Of a stretch of DNA of 64,000 nucleotides, positions 58,801 through 64,000 are shown in pieces. This DNA comes from Mytilus californianus (lineage: Eukaryota). Positions within the stretch are counted from its first letter, which is position 1. Every line of letters starts with the position of its first letter. A program made the translations under genes and the position numbers. Under the pieces are notes generated by a model. It saw only the letters and a list, made by a program, of their open reading frames with translations. It ran no database searches and was not told the DNA's origin. The stretch spans positions 47,306,001 through 47,370,000 of the forward strand of contig NW_026262679.1 of assembly GCF_021869535.1 (NCBI RefSeq). The letters are read 5' to 3'.

Positions 58801-61800
58801 TAGCAGAAAATTTTTACTTATGTAGTTGTGGCCATTTTCAGTTTTCTGGCTGACAATTGCGCCAATTTAAAACATTTTGATCTTTCATGTTCACCAATTT
58901 GATTCTTTCATTAGTGCTGATTCCATACTTGCTCCTATTTGCATTTGCATTTTACATGTGATAGTAAATAACCTTACGGGTACTATACGTAAACGGTATA
59001 TTGGTAAAATCTGGATATAAATGGTCTTCATATCTGTTTAAGTTAACTTTGGTACATATTAATTATTCCGTAACTTGGTTATGACAAGATGCACATGATG
59101 CACATGGAAATTAAGGAGGAGAGGAGTCAATTTTTTACATATCACCAGGTCAGTATCCTGAAACATAAGCAACATGACGGGTGCCACATGTGGAGCAAGA
59201 TATGCTTACCCTTCCGGAGCACCTGAGATCACCCCCAGTTTTTGGTGGGGTTCGTATTGCTTAGTCTTTAGTTTTCTATGTTGTGTCATCTGTACTATTA
59301 TTTGTCTGTTTGTCTTTTTATTTTTGGCCATGTTGTTGTCAGTTTGTTTTCGATCTATGAGTTTGACTGTTCCTCTGGTATCTTTCGTCCCTCTTTTCTG
59401 AAACATAATAACATAGTTTACGAATATACAATCAAGACATGTACAGCCAGAGTCACAACAGAGTTTTTATTTGTTTCTGTGTTTCTTTTTTGTTTGTAAT
59501 TTATCTGTAAATACAATTTAGGTCAACCACAGACACAAACAGAAGTAAGGTGGAAAATCACACCGAACACACGGTTCAGTTATGACAATGAGGTACACGG
59601 TGAGTGTCTTCATGTACATTTTAAATTTTTTATTACCATATATAATTCAAATGTGAAACATCAAAGTTTCAAGCTGCTTTATCTTCATACAAGCTAAGTT
59701 ATCACTTTATCACAATAACCACACGGAATGAATGCAATAAGATATGGAGCATCTCCAGTGCAGCCACTTTCTGTTAAGACATTATAATTAGTTTGAAATT
59801 TAACACAATTATAGTGTACTAGGAACAATTTGGTCAAAATTTTACTTAATTCAACATGTTTATTGAATGAGAAAATTTAGATAAGCATGAAATAGTTCAG
59901 AAGAAATCTAGAAATTGTCAAAGTTAGTGTTTGAAAAAAATTCAACATTTTAGTTTTAATGATATTTTTACGTAGTTCTGTTTTTCATAATGCAGAAAAC
60001 AATGAAGATATTTAATTTGTATGTCCATTTCAAATGCTGTACCATGTGTTGTTTATTCAAAAGTATATTTAAAAAAACAAAAATTGAAGTCATTAGATAT
60101 CATGTGCATTATAAATTCTAATATTGCATGTTTGCTATAATAATGTTTCATTTACAGGCACTCATGGTCTGTACAATCTGAACAACAACTGTTGGTTGAA
60201 TTCGGCACTGCAGTCCTTGAAACAAATCAAGTTTCCAGAATTAGACAGAAATAGTAAGATAATCTCCAACCCAACTACAATGGATACTTTTTTAAAATAT
60301 TGAAATCATGTTATATTCATTCATATATTTATTTATTGGTTCAGAGATAGTCAGGTAATTGTTGCAATTGCACACTAATCTGCTTTAGGTCTCTTTCATT
60401 GGCATGCATGTATTAATCTGCAGACTATACAGAATATAATTACGTCATGAATTTTACAGCCTAAATTCAGGACATTTCAGTTATTGTAAATAAAATTCAT
60501 AGATTAGTGACAACTTATAGTCAATATACATTTACAACCAACACATGATTTATGAGAAAGGTTCACAAAATTCATATTCATCATCAGATATGTCATTCCC
60601 TGCATTGTTGTTAATTGCCCAGAAATGTATCTTGGAAAATTTGGATAGATACATTTCATCCTTAATTTGAGATAACATACTTGGCAAATTGAAAATGATA
60701 ACAAAGAGAGGATGCATAGATTTTTGTAAATGTCCTCTGAATTAACTGTCTGCATAGATATGAGAAAATAGAAATCAATTCACAGTGTTTTTTTTTTCTA
60801 CATTGTCATTGACCAAATATCATTTCTCCAAATGAACATGCATTTCTTATCGCATAATGTAATATATCATGCTTGATTTAAGGTTTGGATGAAGATAGCA
60901 CCATTACCAAAGTAATGAAATTGATTGTTGAGTTGCAGCAACCTGTCCCAACAAAAGTAAATCACTCTGTTGAGCATATCCTGGTAAATACTATGTATTT
61001 TAGTGATCTGATCCTGTTTTACTTAATAAGAGTAACATATGATTCCTGAATTAACAAAAAATCATCTCAAAATTACAAGTTAAACTGAGGATAATATATA
61101 GCAACATGATGGTCAATTTTATTCCTTTTTGGCTAAAATAACACGCTTTTTAAAAGATTTTTTATACATTTAACATTCACACCTTTTTTGTTTCAAAGGA
61201 AAAATTAACAAGGATTTTATATGATTTTCCCCAAAAAGATGACATTTTGAACTGCATGTAATCATATGGAAAGAAAAAATGGGATTAGTGGGCCAAAAAA
61301 AATCAATGGCACTACATAGATAAAACTAGAGGATCCTTAATATCTGACAAAAATTCAAATAATGAGCATCATTAAACATAAAGGGTAAAAAACTGATAAC
61401 TTGAAGTACCTGTTCTTATTTTAAGTTTTTTGGGTTGTCTTTCTTTGTTACTTGCATTTACATCCAAAATTGTGATAACACTTCGTACAATGTATGAAAA
61501 AGTGAAATTTTGATCAGCAATCTTCTTTGTATTTAATACTTACTGTTTCTTTTATGCTTTCTGGATGATAAGTATGTACACCTATAGGCACACATTGAAG
61601 AAGAATGTTTATCATAATGGTCTCCCCAGGGGTATAATCATAGGTCACTTCAGGGATAAATCTATAAGAAGACCATATTTAACTTAGGTTCTTTGAAGAT
61701 TTCTGTTACTTCAGAATATTAGGACAGTAACCAAATTTATTGGATAACTTCATACTGTTTAAATATCATATTTTTGAATTTGAGGATCGTTCTATTAATA

Positions 61801-63782
61801 TTATCTCCATACAATTACATATATGAGATCATTCGACATTGTAAACTACCCAATTTAGAAATCATTTTAATGTATGGTGCTTCTTTGTCCCATGGACAGG
61901 TTCATTTTTTAAAGCCAATTTCTCCCTTTACCTTATCTGAATGAATAATTTATATCTCAGAATTGAAACTGCTTTCTAACTTTCTTTGATTGATCAAATA
62001 ATGCATTGCAACTTCAATTATGATTTAAAAATTACAGGATTCACTTCATTTTGATGATGCCTTTGGAGACACAGACAAAGGTATGCAGCAGGATCCCTGC
62101 AACTTCTTGGAAACTGTTCTTCAGAAGCTAATGAGAAAGGGTTTATTTCAACTGCTTCAAATTAAGAATACACTGAAATGTAGACAGTGTGAAGTGGTAT
62201 GAACTTCTTATCTTATCATTTCAAATTTACATTCGCATACTTTGTTAATAATAACCATTATTGCAAAAATAGATATTATATACTTCTTTGATATTTTTGC
62301 TGTGTTTGTGAAATTATACCAAAGCTTAAATCAAAGACAATAACCTCACAAGACTTAGTTTAGTAATGCATATTTACTGTGGTTTTAAAGTTAAGTTACA
62401 GACCAAAAAATGTTGAATGAAGGATATGTTCTGGATATGGCGTGCGGTGAAAAAATAAAAATAAACTGAAATTTCTGTCAGACTTTAATATATATGTTAA
62501 AATTCCATACAAAGCATGAAATTTGTTTAAGAAGAATTGATTGTTTGTTGCAGGAACGTACTGGATCCAAGGAACCACTACCGATACTTTTTGTGGATGC
62601 CTGCCGAAATGAAACACTACAGGATTCTGTTGATCGCTTCTTCCATGAAGAAATAATGGAAGGCAGTGAATCTGTGTAAGATATTTAACTTATTCATCAT
62701 GTTAAAAATACCAGAATACTGTTCTTTTTTCTTTTTCATTATGGTTCCTTATGACCAGAGGGTTAATCTATAATTATATTTGGAAAGTCTAAGGTCAAGG
62801 TCACACATTCACTTCAATGAATAAACTTATAGACATATATAATATATGGAATATTATACAATAACAACCCTCTGAAGGGGTTATTTTATAAGCCTTCATG
62901 CAGTTATTTTACAAAGAGAAAAAATCTTTTGTAGATTTGTAATTTAGTCATTTCATCTGTCTTTGTTGGACCAACAACTGTTTTTTAAAAAAATGGCACA
63001 TCGGACATTTAAATAACTTTTTATTTCACATCATCTTTCGACCTTCACACTATATATATATAATCAATCAATATCATTGCAATTGCATTCTTTTTTTTCT
63101 TTATTTTACACTGCATACATACATGAAACTGAATCTATTTTGTTATTTCAGCAATTCATATTTAATGCATTTCATGCTGTTGTGTAAAGTACTTCCATTA
63201 ATTATTTTAAATCTCTTTACCAAGTCATGAAGGTCTCTGGTAAAGGATAGTAGCCAATTTTATAATAACATTTCCATTTCTGTTGCATTTCTGTCTGTTT
63301 TTATGCACCATTTATGGGCATTATGTTTTCTGGTCTGTGTGTCTGTTTGTTCGTCCGTCCTTTCATTAGTCTGTTCATTCGTCTGTTCATTCGTCTGTTC
63401 GTTCGTATGTCTGTCCAGCTTCAGGTTACAGTTTTTGGTCAATGTAGTTTTTGATGAAGTTGAAGTCCAATCAACTTGAAACTTAGTACACATGTTCCCT
63501 ATGATAATTTCTAATTTAAATGCCAAATTAAAGTATTTACACAATTTTCCTGGTCTACTGAACATAGGAAATGATAGTATCGAATGGGGCACACGTGTAC
63601 TAGGGACACATTCTTGTTCAATTTATGTTTCTATATATTAGGAATTGTAGACATTGCAAGCAGGCAACACAACATATAAGAACATCAATGGTATGTGAGG
63701 AACCTTCGACCTTAGTGTTGCAAATCAAAAGGTTCAACCCGATTACTTATCAAAAGTCCATGATACCAGTTAAACCTTCAAG
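49815..63782 (+). CDS. Protein with an NRF1/Ewg-like N-terminal domain and a USP (C19) deubiquitinase domain; continues beyond the window
   Basis: Phase-compatible GT-AG exons 49815-49850, 50471-50561, 52602-52700, 53646-53729, 54709-54813, 55552-55628, 56101-56145, 56590-56634, 58668-58725, 59522-59599, 60158-60253, 60883-60983, 62038-62196, 62554-62675, 63642-63782. Motifs GYWGNDLMKPEFWPEDVPF, GLYNLNNNCWLNSALQ, QQDPCNFL, CRQC, CRHC and LVLQIKRF. The start codon and linker exons are less certain. Confidence 0.8.
56775..57613. mobile_element. 839-bp non-autonomous DNA transposon with 8-bp TSD
   Basis: ATCTACAT at 56767-56774 and 57614-57621. Imperfect TIRs GGGCGTATTGCATTTCC and CGGCGTTTTACGTTTCC; internal TTTCCGGAAA motifs. 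Confidence 0.75.
59171..59400 (+). mobile_element. Dispersed repeat, probably the 3' tail of another retroelement family
   Basis: ACATGACGGGTGCCACATGTGGAGC...CCGGAGCACCTGAGATCACCCCC..., recognised from recall as an abundant mussel repeat. Confidence 0.5.
63299..63618 (+). mobile_element. HINE-like element with GTCT/GTTC microsatellite
   Basis: TTTTATGCACCATTTATGGGCATTA start, CTGTTCATTCGT repeats, GGGACACATTCTTGTT end. Confidence 0.6.
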
Positions 63783-64000
63783 GTGAGCATTACTTTAATA
63801 CAAACATGCTGTAAAATAGCCTTCTTTCAGCCTGATGGGTCTTTAAAATATATACCATTTTTAACAGTATTATTATTTTTGCATGAAATGAAAATGCTCT
63901 TTAAGGGAATTTTTTGACATGTATAACAATTTCATGCTTCTCAAAGAAGTGCCCACACAAGAGAGTATCCAAAATTATATTTCATAGACGTATGCATATA

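Noticed and set aside
58086-59150. Additional linker exons of the USP gene (about 58086-58131 and 59091-59150)
   Set aside because: Splice signals are plausible, but the first has no phase-compatible partner and neither can be confirmed without transcripts.

Overview
AT-rich, intron-rich animal DNA. The repeat families suggest a bivalve, probably a Mytilus-like mussel (inference). Four spliced genes were reconstructed by hand. DCAF12 (minus strand, 8 coding exons found, start exon not located) is head-to-head with a HYKK/AGPHD1-like kinase (plus, 5 exons, 375 aa). That kinase converges on TUBGCP4 (minus, 15 exons, 653 aa). TUBGCP4 is head-to-head with a gene largely missed by the ORF track, which joins an NRF1/Ewg-like N-terminal domain to a USP (C19) deubiquitinase domain and runs off the window end. 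A TUBGCP4 intron holds a 5'-truncated Penelope-like retroelement (Naiad type) with an in-frame UGA at a probable Cys position and a canonical SECIS in its 3' UTR. The last TUBGCP4 intron holds an intact minimal type I hammerhead ribozyme on the opposite strand. Other elements: a dimeric 385-bp satellite, a complete non-autonomous Helitron between the DCAF12 and kinase coding regions, Helentron-like elements with internal tandem arrays, several MITE types, tRNA-derived SINEs and two minisatellites. All calls come from manual reading and recalled family knowledge; no searches were run.
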